The notes under the pieces were generated by a model. The model was not told where the DNA came from and searched no databases. It saw only the letters and a program-made list of their open reading frames with translations. From NCBI GenBank assembly GCA_032718475.1, contig JAUCBJ010007186.1, forward strand, positions 10,704 to 74,703: 64,000 bases of DNA. Reading direction: 5' to 3'. Positions 47,165 to 61,500 of the stretch are shown one piece after another. The number at the start of each line of letters is the position of its first letter. The first letter of the stretch is position 1. This DNA comes from Nemertoderma westbladi. Taxonomy: Eukaryota; Animalia; Xenacoelomorpha. Made by a program: the position numbers and the translations under genes.

Positions 47165-49029
47165 AGCAAAGGCTGAAAGGATAGTACAACAAAAGAGTTG
47201 GGTTAATTGAAGCAGATGACAAACTCAATACTGTACATCTATAAACATACAGTTCATTGATGATCTTTGACTTTCAGTTATTTTTTTATCGCTGTGTTGT
47301 TTGTGTTTGATGTTTGTTGTTTTATTATTTACAATCCTTTTATGGTGCGTCAAATTCATTCACGTCATTTATAAACCTGTTTTAGTTTCTTGATATTATT
47401 CTGGATGCAAAATAAAATCATGCGAATCTTTGAATCTAGATAAATTATTTTTCTTCCAATGTCTCTCCCTCCGTGGATAAAAGACCGTGATATTGGCTTT
47501 TCTGATTAAGCCTGGTTGCCAAGGTAACTGAATTTTATATTTACCCTCAAACGGCTCGGCTATGGCCCTTAATGTTGAGTTGAGAAACCCCAAGTTTATA
47601 TCTATTGCGGTTTTGCTACAAATAGAGTTATAATTGATTTGAATTATATAGACTTTTATCTAAGTCCGTTGCCATGGAAACCAGATTTTCCCAGATATGT
47701 GACCTATCCCACATGACTCGCCTTGATGAGTAGTATATACATCCAAAATTTCAGGGAACTTTTAAATGCTAGTTTTTTTATCACTAGTTTAAAGGCTGGC
47801 CTAAAAAAGGATCATATCTGCCTCACATTAGGAAAATGGCCCACTATGAAGAGACCATCTCAAAAAGAAAGGAAATTTTGCAAATTTTAGAAATTTTTCA
47901 TATTTTGTTAAGTTTACGGTTTCCTAGAGAAATAAATAGCTCACATTGTATCGTCACCTTCAAGGCAGAACCCCCTAAGTCATTTTTTGTAGTTCTGAGA
48001 TAATCGATAAAAACTGTTTATTTTTAAGAGAGATGCCTCAGTTTACTTGTTATTGTGTTTTTTGACAAATAAATATATATAGAATTCATATAACTAAACT
48101 TTTTATTTAATTTAGAATCACCTTTGAAATATATTGCGGTTTTTTTGTAAAAATTTGGACTTATGGTGTTTTGCCAAAACAAGGGGGAACACCATTTTCT
48201 GGTATTATCCCGTAACTATACGATAGTTGCGGGGTATTGCCTAGAAAACAAGGTATCCTCAATTAGGCAAAACACCATAAGTCCGACTTTTTACAAAAAA
48301 CACGCAAAATATATCAAATTATAGCCAAGGCGTATCGTGCGTCCTTAATTATTTAATGCGTAGTGCGCACGTAATACATGTGCGCATTTGTTATTAGCTA
48401 ATACGTGCTATCTAACAGTTAACTAGCACATGAGCATGTGTTAGTATTACCTGTGAACGCAATAATAACAAATAAACACAAACAATACAGCTAACACACT
48501 TGCGCACATGTTGGAAATTTTTGAATTCAAAATTCTAAAGTGCTCCATAAGTTTTTGATATTTTGGTATTAATTGCTTCTAAAATAAGTACGGGACTGTA
48601 GTTAGAATCATGTATCAATACAAATTGAACAAAATGTAGCCAAATGCAGAACTATAAGAACAAAATTTAGAATCAAGCAAACGGAACTCAAAGTACAAAA
48701 TATAGCCATGGGTGGTACTCTACAGTAAGAACAAAGTCTAGCTACAGGGTTACAGCTACGTTAATGTTAAAGTAAAGTTCACTTACAGTACGTCATGACG
48801 AATAATTAAAGACTGTTTTTTCTACAGTACGTGGCAACATTTTGAGCAACTCTATCAGCAACTTGGTGAGCATGTCAGGTTGCCGATCAAGTTGCTCTAT
48901 GTAAACGCGAAGTTTGTTGCTGTAAAAGATGCCTCATATAACGGAGACTAATAGTTAATGTTACTCAAATTAAGTTGCTTGTTGCTGACCAAGTTATCCT
49001 AAACGTCCGGAACCCCATAGCAACTTGGA

Positions 49030-49445
49030 CACAAACATTAAATGATGGACAGATATTTATCAGCGCCACAAACATTAATGTGGGACAAACATCAATCAGG
49101 GGGACAAACATTAATCAGGGGGACAAACATTAATGAGGTACACAAACATTAATGAGGGACACAAACATTAATGAGGGACACAAACATTAATGAGGGACAC
49201 AAACATTAATGAGGGACACAAACATTAATGAGGGACACAAACATTAATGAGGGACACAAACATTAATGAGGGACACAAACATTAAACGAGGGACACAAAC
49301 ATTAATGAGGGACACAAACATTAATGAGATAGACAAACATTAATGAGGGACACAAACATTAAGGAGGAACACAAACATTAATGAGGGACACAAACATTAA
49401 ACGAGGGACATATATCAATCAAGGGCACAAACATTAATCAAGGGC
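49030..49445. repeat. 19-bp minisatellite, inverted orientation
   Basis: (CAAACATTAATGAGGGACA)n. Confidence 0.95.
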
Positions 49446-49451
49446 ACCATC

Positions 49452-50008
49452 ATTCCATTCCATTCCATTCATGTTATCCCCCATGGCACTTAGTATGATT
49501 CCTGTTACCACCCATACACAAAAAATATATTACAGTATTACAATTCTCATTACTGTCACGCAATACAATAACAACAATAAATAATAACATATTAATCTGA
49601 CCAAACCAATAATCTATGTTATTACCAATTGAGGGAAAGGAACAGGTTACAGAGATGGTTTTTCAAACCAAAACAATAAACGATGTTGTTACTAATAAGG
49701 GAAGGAGTAAAAAAATGATGAACATGAAGGGGAGACAGGAAGGGGGGGGGGGGTAACATGAATGGTGGGGGTAGGAGGTAAATTGAAAATATGGGGGTAT
49801 AACAGCCGGGGGGGGGGGTGGGGGCGTAGCAGCAAAACAGGCAGCTGAACAACGTAACCAAACGTCGCTTTCAATTAATTTCCATCTAATTAGGTAGATA
49901 GAATGTATACAAAGCGGCGGTACTTTGATCGAAGCTCACGTTCCCATGGTAGTATTTTTTCAGTATATCAGTTTATCACTTATTATCTGATCGTCTGATG
50001 GCAAGCAT
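49452..50008 (-). mobile_element. Possible short retroposed insert
   Basis: (GAATG)n tail on the minus strand at about 49452-49470, with CACCATC repeated at 49445-49451 and 50009-50015. Confidence 0.45.
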
Positions 50009-50049
50009 CACCATCGCTCATATTAATATCCATTGGCAAGCATTCACCC

Positions 50050-50798
50050 CTATTAATGTTTGTGCCCCTAATTAATGATTGTATCCCTCATTAATGTTTG
50101 TGTCCCTCATTAATGTTTGTGTACCTCATTAATGTTTGTGTCCCTGATTAATTTTTGTGTCCCTCATTAATATTTGTGTCCTTCATTAAAAATTGTATCC
50201 CTCATTAATGTTTGTGTCCCTTATTAATGTTTGTGTCCCTGATTACTGTGTGTCCCTCATTAATGTTTGTGTCCCTCATTAATGTTTGTGTCCCTTATTA
50301 ATGTTTGTATCCCTCATTAATGTTTGTGTCCCTCATTAATGTTTGTGTCCCTCATTAATGTTTGTGTCCCTCATTAATGTTTGTGTCCCTCATTAATTTT
50401 TGTCTCCCTGATTACTGTGTGTCCCTCATTAATGTTTGTGTCCCTCATTAATGTTTGTGTCCCTTATTAATGTTTGTGTCCCGCATTAATGTTAGTGTCC
50501 CTCATTAATGATTGTATCCCTCATTAATGTTTGTGTCCCTCATTAATGTTTGTGTCCCTCATTAATGTTTGTGTCCCTCATTAATGTTTGTGTCACTCAT
50601 TAATGTTTGTGTCCCTCATTAATGTTTTGTCCCTTATTAATGTTAGTGTACCTCATTAATGTTTGTGTCCCTTATTAATGTTTGTGTACCTCATTAATGT
50701 TTGTACCACTTAATGTGTGTCCCTGATTAATGTTTGTGTCCCTGATAAATATTTGTATCCCAGATTAATGTTTGTGTTCCCTCAATAATGTTTGTGTC
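50050..50798. repeat. 19-bp minisatellite, forward orientation
   Basis: (TGTCCCTCATTAATGTTTG)n. Confidence 0.95.
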
Positions 50799-51209
50799 AT
50801 GGCCGCAATACAAACCAGTATATAAATGATAATTTACGGGGTTTTGCCAGGTTATTGTTTCTGATTTAAGGGGTTTTACAGGTTGTTATTTCTGATTTAA
50901 GGGGTTTTGCCAGATGGACTGAATTTCATATACTTGAATTTACGGTGTTTTGCAAGCCAATTATTGACTTGTGGGGTTCTGCCTCGAAGTGGGCATAAGT
51001 TACGGGGAACTGTCTTTTGCTTATAACTCAAAAATGGCTGGTAGAAAAGCTTCGGGGTTCTGCCAGACGAAAAAGCCGATATCGAATTACCCAAAAAGTC
51101 AAAAACATGAAAATCGAAAAAAATCGACTTTAAGGGGGTTCTGCTTTGAAGGTGACGGTATGTAAGTAGAATAAAATAAACATACTGTAGTTAACCAAAC
51201 TAAACTAAC

Positions 51210-51368
51210 ATCAATGTCCTCCACGTGGTACGTCATCTCTGATTTTTTCTCTCGAACTATTTTCTGATATTTTCTTTCTAGTGTTGGTAATAACTTCCTC
51301 TCGCCAATATTGCTTCGAAATTTACAGAATTCGGCCCAGTGAGGAAACAGGAAACGGAATACAGTTTG
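51210..51368 (-). CDS. RGS22: RGS22-like exon (159 bp; donor site less certain)
   Basis: Acceptor TTTCAG; QTVFRFLFPHWAEFCKFRSNI...LERKYQK; donor GTTAGT. Resembles RGS22 MTIFGVLFKFWPQFCEFRKN as I recall it. Confidence 0.8.
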
Positions 51369-51524
51369 CTGAAATAAAGAGAAAGCAACCAATAAGGAAA
51401 CAGGAAACAAAATATATATAGTTCAAAAACGACTACAGTTTTCTGAAGTAACGAAAAAGCACCTGATATGTTACAGAAAAATAAATAAAGTATTGCGTTA
51501 TGATTAGTACAGGCCACACTTTAC

Positions 51525-51704
51525 CTGGGCCTCCCGGAATATATACGGATGTATTCTACGTCGGGTTTCTATTATATCGTCGCACTGTTGTTGGGGAATA
51601 TCGATCTGGAGTTTAGGAGGTAAACTGCTGTCTAAGAAGCAGTTTACGATGGTTTGCACTTTGTGTTTAAGGAGGGCGTCGTCAGCGTGTCCGTGATACA
51701 TGTC
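51525..51704 (-). CDS. RGS22: RGS22-like exon (180 bp, RGS domain)
   Basis: AG|DMYHGH...KVQTIVNCFLDSSLPPKLQIDIP...PYIFREAQ|GTAAAG; phase 0/0. Confidence 0.9.
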
Positions 51705-52208
51705 CTAATGTGGAGTAAATAAATCAAATAATCTGGTGTCATTGGTGCGAGTTTCATATAGGCACCCAGATTAATGTGTATGGTGACAAAATTAATTACC
51801 GTACCAATATGAAATGGTTAACCTCGTAGGTTACAATGTGGCGGAGAAGTGGATCTTTTATAGAGTGGCGATCCAGACTCAATTCACAACCCCAAATAAC
51901 AGTCACAAGGGTTGCGAGTAATGCGAGTTTTAATGATTATAATGGTTTGGACCTGACTAGACCAACAAATCTGACAACAAGTAAAATACCATTGAATAAA
52001 AAGTGATTGAACGTTATCGGTATCTATGCGTGACGATGCCGAAAACATTCAATTTGGTGTTGAAACCATATTCAGCTATCTGTAAAGTAACCAAACTCTG
52101 GTTTTGTAATAATGTACTCGTTTACAGGAAAGGAACAGCGCTACGCACTCAGTCAACTGAAAATATTTTTATATACAACAAACAAGCTGTAATAAAAATA
52201 AAGTTTAC

Positions 52209-52284
52209 CTTAAATCTTTGAATTTCCTGCCAAAATAAGACGTCATTGGATAACATATGTTCCTGGTTCACAACAGCAACATAT
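52209..52284 (-). CDS. RGS22: RGS22-like exon (76 bp)
   Basis: TTTCAG|A-YVAVVNQEHMLSNDVLFWQEIQRFK|GTAAAC carries the RGS N-x-x-FW-x-E motif and joins in frame to the next exon. Confidence 0.85.
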
Positions 52285-52591
52285 CTGAAATAAATAAATA
52301 GAGTATGGTACTCGAAACTTCGCAAAGCGCCTCAACGACTTAACGGAACGGAAATGGCATGTCATTTATGTGCTCATGATTATTAAAAGCCAATATCCCC
52401 AATTAAATACTAGTTAAATAGCCTATGAAGTCTTTTCATCTCCGTATAAGCTATATGGTATAAGCTACACGACAGACTAGAAGAGACAGCATCTAATGGC
52501 GGTCTATTTGTAAAAACCACAATTTTCTCTGTAAATTAATCTTGAAGAATTCTACTCCCCCCCCCCCCCCCAAAAAAAAAAATACATCCCC

Positions 52592-55500
52592 GTATCCTAG
52601 TTGTGCGGACGATGTATCCTAGTGGTGTGGACGATGTATCCTAGTGGTGTGGACGATGTATCCTAGTTGTGTGGATGATGTATCGTAGTGTTGTGGACGA
52701 TGTATCCTAGTGGTGTGGGTGGACGATGTATCCTAGTGGTGTGGACGATGTATCCTAGTGGTATGTGTGGACGATGTATCCTAGTTGTGTGGACGATGTA
52801 TCCTAGTGGTGGTGTGGACGATGTATCCTAGTTGTGTGGACGATGTATCCTAGTGGTGTGGACGATGTATCCTAGTGGTGTGGACGATGTATCCTAGTTG
52901 TGTGGACGATGTATCCTAGTGGTGTGGGTGGACGATGTTTCCTAGTTATGTGAACGATGTATCCTAGTGGTGTGGACGATGTATCGTAGTGGTGCGGACG
53001 ATGTATCGTAGTGGTGCGGACGATGTATCCTAGTGATGTGGACGATGTATCGTAGTGGTGTGGACGATGTATCCTAGTGGTGTAGGTGGACGATGTATCC
53101 TAGTGATGTGGACGATGTATCCTAGTTGTGTGGACGATGTATCCTAGTGGTGTGGACGATGTATCCTAGTGGTGTGGACGATGTATCCTAGTGGTGTGGG
53201 TGGACGATGTATCCTAGTGGTGTGGACGATGTATCCTTGTGATGTGGACGATGTATCCTAGTGGCGTGGACGAAGTATCCTAGTGATGTGGACGATGTAT
53301 CCTAGTGGTGTGGGTGGATGATGTATCCTAGTTGTGTGGACGATGTATCCTAGTGGTGTGGGTGGACAATGTATCCTAGTGGTGTGGACGATGTATCATA
53401 GTGGTGTGGACGATGTATCCTAGTTGTGTGGACGATGTATCCTAGTGGTGTGGACGATGTATCCTAGTGGTGTGGATGATGTATCCTAGTGGTGTGGGTG
53501 GACGATGTATCCTAGCGGTGTGGACGATGTATCCTAGTGGTGTGGACGATGTATCCTAGTGGTGTGGACGATGTATCCTAGTGGTGTGGACGATGTATCC
53601 TAGTGGTGTGGATGATGTATCCTAGTGGTGTGGGTGGACGATGTATCCTAGTGGTGTGGACGATGTATCGTAGTGGTGTGGACGATCTATCCTAGTGGTG
53701 TGGATGATGTATCCTAGTTGTGGTGGACGATGTATCCTAGTGGTGTGGGTGGACGATGTATCCTAGTGGTGTGGACGATGTATCGTAGTGGTGTGGACGA
53801 TCTATCCTAGTGGTGTGGATGATGTATCCTAGTTGTGGTGGACGATGTATCCTAGTGGTGTGGATGATGTATCCTAGTGGTGTGGGTGGACGATGTATCC
53901 TAGTGGTGTGGACGATGTATCGTAGTGGTGTGGACGATCTATCCTAGTGGTGTGGATGATGTATCCTAGTTGTGTGGACGATGTATCCTAGTGGTGTGGG
54001 TGGACGATATATCCTAGTGGTGTTGACGATGTATCGTAGTGGTGTGGACGATGTATCCTAGTGGTGTGGACGATGTATCCTAGTGGTGTGGACGATGTAT
54101 CCAAGTGGTGTGGACGATGTATCCTAGTTGTGTGGGTGGACGATGTATCCTAGTTGTGTGGACGATATATCCTAGTGGTGTGGGTGGACGATGTATCCTA
54201 GTGGTGTGGACGATGTATCCTAGTGGTGTGGACGATGTATCCTAGTGGTGTGGACGATGTATCCTAGTTGTGTGGACGATGTATCGTAGTGGTGTGGTTG
54301 GACGATGTATCGTAGTGGTGTGGGTGGACGATGTATCGTAGTGGTGTGGACGATGTATCCTAGTGGTGTGGACGATGTATCCTAGTGGTGTGGACGATGT
54401 ATCCTAGTGGTGTGGACGATGTATCCTAGTTGTGTGGACGATGTATCGTAGTGGTGTGGTTGGACGATGTATCGTAGTGGTGTGGACGATGTATCCTAGT
54501 TGTGTGGGTGGACGATGTATCCTAGTTGTGTGGACGATGTATCCCAGTGGTGGTGGACGATGTATCCTAGTGGTGTGGACGATGTATCCTAGTGGTGTGG
54601 ACGATATATCCTAGTTGTGTGGACGATGTATCGTAGTGGTGTGGTTGGACGATGTATCGTAGTGGTGTAGACGATGTATCCTAGTGGTGTGGACGATGTA
54701 TCCTAGTGGTGTGGGTGGACGATGTATCCTCTAGTGGTGTGGGTGGACGATGTATCCTAGTGGTGTGGGTGGACGATGTATCCTCTAGTGGTGTGGACGA
54801 TGTATCCCAGTGGTGTGGGTGTGGGTGGACGATGTATCCTAGTGGTGTGGGTGGACGATGTATCCTAGTGGTGTGGGTGGACGATCTATCGTAGTGGTGT
54901 GGGTGGACGATGTATCCTAGTGGTGTGGGTGGACGATCTATCGTAGTGGTGTGGACGATATATCCTAGTGGTGTGGGAGGACGATATATCCTAGTGGTGT
55001 TGACGATGTATCGTAGTGGTGTGGACGATGTATCCTAGTGGTGTGGACGATGTATCCTAGTGGTGTGGACGATGTATCCTAGTGGTGTGGGTGGACGATG
55101 TATCCGCTAGTGGTGTGGACGATGTATCCTAGTGGTGTGGGTGGACGATGTATCCTAGTGGTGTGGGAGGACGATATATCCTAGTGGTGTTGACGATGTA
55201 TCGTAGTGGTGTGGACGATGTATCCTAGTGGTGTGGACGATGTATCCTAGTGGTGTGGACGATGTATCCTAGTGGTGTGGGTGGACGATGTATCCGCTAG
55301 TGGTGTGGACGATGTATCCTAGTGGTGTGGACGATTTATCCTAGTGGTGTGGGTGGATGATGTATCCTAGTTGTGTGGACGATGTATCCTTGTGGTGTGG
55401 ACGATGTATCCGCTAGTGGTGTGGACGATGTATCGTAGTGGTGTGGACGATATATCCTAGTGGTGTGGGTGGACGATGTATCGTAGTGGTGTGGACGATG

Positions 55501-58500
55501 TATCCTTGTGATGTGGTTGGACGATGTATCGTAGTGGTGTGGGAGGACGATATATCCTAGTGGTGTTGCCGATGTATCGTAGTGGTGTGGACGATGTATC
55601 CTAGTGGTGTGGACGATGTATCCTAGTGGTGTGGACGATGTATCCTAGTGGTGTGGGTGGACGATGTATCCGCTAGTGGTGTGGACGATGTATCCTAGTG
55701 GTGTGGACGATTTATCCTAGTGGTGTGGGTGGATGATGTATCCTAGTTGTGTGGACGATGTATCCTTGTGGTGTGGACGATGTATCGTAGTGGTGTGGTT
55801 GGACGATGTATCGTAGTGGTGTGGGAGGACGATATATCCTAGTGGTGTGGACGATGTATCGTAGTGGTGCGGACGATGTATCGTAGTGGTGCGGACGATG
55901 TATCCTAGAGGTGTGGACGATATATCCTAGGGGTGTGGACGATGTATCCTAGTTGTGTGGACGATGTATCCTAGTGGTGTGGGTGGACGATGTATCCTAG
56001 TGGTGTGGGTGGACGTTGTATCCTAGTTGTGTGGGTGGACGATGTATCCTAGTGGTGTGGGTGGACGTTGTATCCTAGTTGTGTGGACGATGTATCCTAG
56101 TGATGTGGGTGGACGTTGTATCGTAGTGGTGTGGACGATGTATCGTAGTGGTGTGGACGATATATCCTAGTGGTGTGGGTGGACGATGTATCCTAGTGGT
56201 GTGGACGATGTATCCTTGTGGTGTTGACGATGTATCGTAGTGGTGCGGACGATGTATCGTAGTGGTGTGGACGATATATCCTAGTGGTGTGGGTGGACGA
56301 TGTATCCTAGTGGTGTGGACGATGTATCCTAGGGGTGTGGACGATGTATCCTTGTGGTGTTGACGATGTATCGTAGTGGTGCGGACGATGTATCGTAGTG
56401 GTGTGGACGATATATCCTAGGGGTGTGGGTGGACGATGTATCCTCGTGGTGTGGGTGGGCGATGTATCGTAGTGGTGTGGGTGGATGATGTATCCTAGTT
56501 GTGTGGACGATGTATCCTTGTGGTGTTGACGATGTATCGTAGTGGTGCGGACGATGTATCGTAGTGGTGTGGACGATATATCCTAGTGGTGTGGGTGGAC
56601 GATGTATCCTAGTGGTGTGGACGATGTATCCTAGGGGTGTGGACGATGTATCCTTGTGGTGTTGACGATGTATCGTAGTGGTGCGGACGATGTATCGTAG
56701 TGGTGTGGACGATATATCCTAGGGGTGTGGGTGGACGATGTATCCTCGTGGTGTGGGTGGGCGATGTATCGTAGTGGTGTGGGTGGATGATGTATCCTAG
56801 TTGTGTGGACGATGTATCCTTGTGGTGTTGACGATGTATCGTAGTGGTGCGGACGATGTATCCTAGGGGTGTGGACGATGTATCCTAGTGGTGTGGACGA
56901 TGTATCGTAGTGGTGTTGACGATATATCCTAGTGGTGTGGGTGGACGATGTATCCTAGTGGTGTGGACGATGTATCCTAGTGGTGTGGACGATATATCGT
57001 AGTGGTGTGGCGTTGTATCCTAGTGGTGTGGACGATGTATCCTAGTGGTGTGGACGATGTATCCTAGTGGTGTGGACGATATACCGTAGTGGTGTGGCGT
57101 TGTATCCTAGTGGTGTGGACGACGTATCCTAGTGGTGTGAACGATGTATCGTAGTGGTGTGGACGATATATCCTAGTAGTGTGGACGATATATCCTAGTG
57201 GTGTGGGTGGACGATGTATCTTAGTGGTGTGGGTGGACGATGTATCTTAGTGGTGTGGACGATGTATCCTAGTGGTGTGGGTGGACGATGTATCCTAGTG
57301 GTGTGGACGATGTATCCTAGTGGTGTGGACGATGCATCCTAGTGGTATGGACGATGTATCCTAGTGGTGTAGGTGGACGATGTATCCTAGTAGTGTGGAC
57401 GATATATCCTAGTGGTGTGGGTGGACGATGTATCCTAGTGGTGTGGACGATGTATCCTAGTGGTGTGGATGATGCATCCTAGTGGTATGGACGATGTATC
57501 CTAGTGGTGTAGGTGGACGATGTATCCTAGTGGTGTGGACGATGTATCCTAGTGGTGTGGGTGGATGATATATCCTAGTGGTGTGGGCGATGTATCCCAG
57601 TGGTGTGGACGATGTATCCTAGTGGTGTGGACGATATATCCTAGTGGTGTGGGTGGACGATGTATCATAGTGGTGTGGACGATATATCCTAGTGGTGTGG
57701 GTGGACGATGTATCCTAGTGGTGTGGGTGGACGTTGTATCCTAGTTGTGTGGACGATGTATCCTAGTGATGTGGGTGGACGATGTATCCTAGTGGTGTGG
57801 ACGATGTATCGTAGTGGTGTGGACGATATATCCTAGTGGTGTGGGTGGACGATATATCGTAGTGGTGTGGCGATGTATCCTAGAGGTGTGGACGATATAT
57901 CCTAGTGGTGTGGGTGGACGATGTATCCTAGTGGTGTGGACGATGTATCCTAGTTGTGTGGACGATGTATCCTAGTGGTGTGGATGTTGTATCGTAGTGG
58001 TGTGGACGATGAATCCTTGTGGTGTAGGTGGACGATGTATCCTAGTGGTGTGGACGATGTATCCTAGTGGTGTGGGTGGACGATGTATCCTAGTGGTGTG
58101 GACGATGTATCCTAGTGGTGTGGACGATGCATCCTAGTGGTATGGACGATGTATCCTAGTGGTGTAGGTGGACGATGTATCCTAGTGGTGTGGACGATGT
58201 ATCCTAGTGGTGTGGGTGGATGATATATCCTAGTGGTGTGGGCGATGTATCCCAGTGGTGTGGACGATGTATCCTAGTGGTGTGGACGATATATCTTAGT
58301 GGTGTGGGTGGACGATGTATCATAGTGGTGTGGACGATATATCCTAGTGGTGTGGGTGGACGTTGTATCCTAGTTGTGTGGACGATGTATCCTAGTGGTG
58401 TGGGTGGACGATGTATCCTAGAGGTGTGGACGATGTATCCTAGTGGTGTGGACGATATATCTTAGTGGTGTGGGTGGACGATGTATCATAGTGGTGTGGA

Positions 58501-61500
58501 CGATATATCCTAGTGGTGTGGGTGGACGTTGTATCCTAGTTGTGTGGACGATGTATCCTAGTGGTGTAGGTGGACGATATATCGTAGTGGTGTGGCGATG
58601 TATCCTAGAGGTGTGGACGATATATCGTAGTGGTGTGGGTGGACGATGTATCCTAGTGGTGTGGACGATGTATCCTAGTTGTGTGGACGATGTATCCTAG
58701 TGGTGTGGATGTTGTATCGTAGTGGTGTGGACGATGAATCCTTGTGGTGTAGGTGGACGATGTATCCTAGTGGTGTGGACGATATATCCTAGTGGTGTGG
58801 GTGGACGATATATCGTAGTGGTGTGGCGATGTATCCTAGAGGTGTGGACGATATATCCTAGTGGTGTGGGTGGACGATGTATCCTAGTGGTGTGGACGAT
58901 GTATCCTAGTTGTGTGGACGATGTATCCTAGTGGTGTGGATGTTGTATCGTAGTGGTGTGGACGATGAATCCTTGTGGTGTAGGTGGACGATGTATCTTA
59001 GTGGTGTGGACAATGTATCCTAGTGGTGTGGACGATGTATCCTAGTTGTGTGGATGATGTATCCTAGTGGTGTGGACGATGTATCCTAGTGGTGTGGACG
59101 ATGTATTGTAGTGGTGTGGGCGATATATCCTAGTGGTGTGGACGATGTATCCTTGTGGTGTGGATGTTGTATCGTAGTGGTGTGGACGATGAATCCTTGT
59201 GGTGTAGGTGGACGCTGTATCTTAGTGGTGTGGACGATGTATCCTAGTGGTGTGGACGATGTATCCTAGTTGTGTGGATGATGTATCCTAGTGGTGTGGA
59301 CGATGTATCCTAGTGGTGTGGACGATGTATCGTAGTGGTGTGGGCGATATATCCTAGGGGTGTGGACGATGTATCCTAGTGGTGTGGACGATGTATCCTA
59401 GTGGTGTGGACGATGTATCCTAGTGGTGTGGATGATGTATCGTAGTGGTGTGGCCGATATATCCTAGTGGTGTGGGTGGACGATGTATCCTAGTGGTGTG
59501 GACGATGTATCCTAGTGGTGTGGACGATGTATCCTAGTGGTGTAGGTGGACGATGTATCCTAGTGGTGTGGACGATGTATCCTAGTGGTGTGGGTGGACG
59601 ATATATCCTAGAGGTGTGGGCGATGTATCCTAGTGGTGTGGACGATATATCCTAGTGGTGTGGACGATGTATCGTAGTGGTGTGGACGATATATCCTAGT
59701 GGTGTGGGTGGACGATGTATCCTAGTGGTGTGGACGATGTATCCTAGTGGTGTGGACGATGTATCCTAGTGGTGTGGACGATGTATCCTAGTGGTGTGGG
59801 TGGACGATATATCCTAGTGGTGTGGGCGATGTATCCTAGTGGTGTGGACGATATATCGTAGTGGTGTGGGTGGACGATGTATCCTAGTGGTGTGGACGGT
59901 GTATCGTAGTGGAGTGGACGATGTATCCTAGTGGTGTGGACGATGTATCGTAGTGCTGAGGACGATGAATCCTAGTGGTGTAGGTGGACGATGTATCCTA
60001 GTGGTGTGGACGATTTATCCTAGTGGTGTGGACGATTTATCCTAGTGGTGTGGACGATATATCCTAGTGGTGTGGGTGGACGATGTATCCTAGTGGTGTG
60101 GACGATATATCCTAGTGGTGTGGGTGGACGATATATCGTAGTGGTGTGGCGAAGTATCCTAGTGGTGTGGACGATGTATCCTAGTGGTGTAGGTGGACGA
60201 TGTATCCTAGTGGTGTGGACGGTGTATCGTAGTGGTGTGGACGATGTATCCTAGTGGTGTTGACGATGTATCGTAGTGGTATGGACGATGTATCCTAGTG
60301 GTGTAGGTGGACGATGTATCCTAGTGGTGTGGACGATGTATCCTAGTGGTGTGGGTGGATGATATATCCTAGTGGTGTGGGCGATGTATCCCAGTGGTAT
60401 GGACGATGTATCCTAGTGGTGTGGACGATATATCCTAGTGGTGTGGGTGGACGATGTATCATAGTGGTGTGGACGATATATCCTAGTGGTGTGGGTGGAC
60501 GATGTATCCTAGTGGTGTGGGTGGACGTTGTATCCTAGTTGTGTGGACGATGTATCCTAGTGATGTGGGTGGACGATGTATCCTAGTGGTGTGGACGATG
60601 TATCGTAGTGGTGTGGACGATATATCCTAGTGGTGTGGGTGGACGATATATCGTAGTGGTGTGGCGTTGTATCCTAGAGGTGTGGACGATATATCCTAGT
60701 GGTGTGGGTGGACGATGTATCCTAGTGGTGTGGACGATGTATCCTAGTGGTGTGGGTGGACGATGTATCCTAGTTGTGTGGACGATGTATCCTAGTGGTG
60801 TGGACGATGTATCCTAGTTGTGTGGACGATGTATCCTAGTGGTGTGGATGTTGTATCGTAGTGGTGTGGACGATGAATCCTTGTGGTGTAGGTGGACGCT
60901 GTATCTTAGTGGTGTGGACGATGTATCCTAGTGGTGTGGACGATGTATCCTAGTTGTGTGGATGATGTATCCTAGTGGTGTGGGTGGACGATGTATCCTA
61001 GTGGTGTGGACGATGTATCCTAGTTGTGTGGACGATGTATCCTAGTGGTGTGGATGTTGTATCGTAGTGGTGTGGACGATGAATCCTTGTGGTGTAGGTG
61101 GACGCTGTATCTTAGTGGTGTGGACGATGTATCCTAGTTGTGTGGACGATGTATCCTAGTGGTGTGGGTGGACGATGTATCCTAGTTGTGTGGACGATGT
61201 ATCCTAGTGGTGTGGACGATGTATCCTAGTTGTGTGGACGATGTATCCTAGTGGTGTGGATGTTGTATCGTAGTGGTGTGGACGATGAATCCTTGTGGTG
61301 TAGGTGGACGCTGTATCTTAGTGGTGTGGACGATGTATCCTAGTGGTGTGGACGATGTATCCTAGTTGTGTGGATGATGTATCCTAGTGGTGTGGGTGGA
61401 CGATGTATCCTAGTGGTGTGGACGATGTATCCTAGTTGTGTGGACGATGTATCTTAGTGGTGTGGATGTTGTATCGTAGTGGTGTGGACGATGAATCCTT

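Larger units (their letters stand above)
47952..51157. mobile_element. Complete non-autonomous TIR element with inverted minisatellite arms (Sola1-like, tentative)
   Basis: TIR CGTCACCTTCAAGGCAGAACCCCCT / AGGGGGTTCTGCTTTGAAGGTGACG; 4-bp TSD GTAT at 47948-47951 and 51158-51161. Confidence 0.85.

Noticed and set aside
1-49445. A single giant transposon with 2-kb TIRs carrying WDR76 and Ulp1 as cargo
   Set aside because: The right arm belongs to a self-contained element (47952-51157) with its own TIRs and GTAT TSD, and the termini at 3611 and 47952 face inward. These are two separate copies.
49933-49946. 28S rRNA-like GGGAACGTGAGCT on the minus strand
   Set aside because: The match is only about 13 nt with no flanking rRNA similarity.
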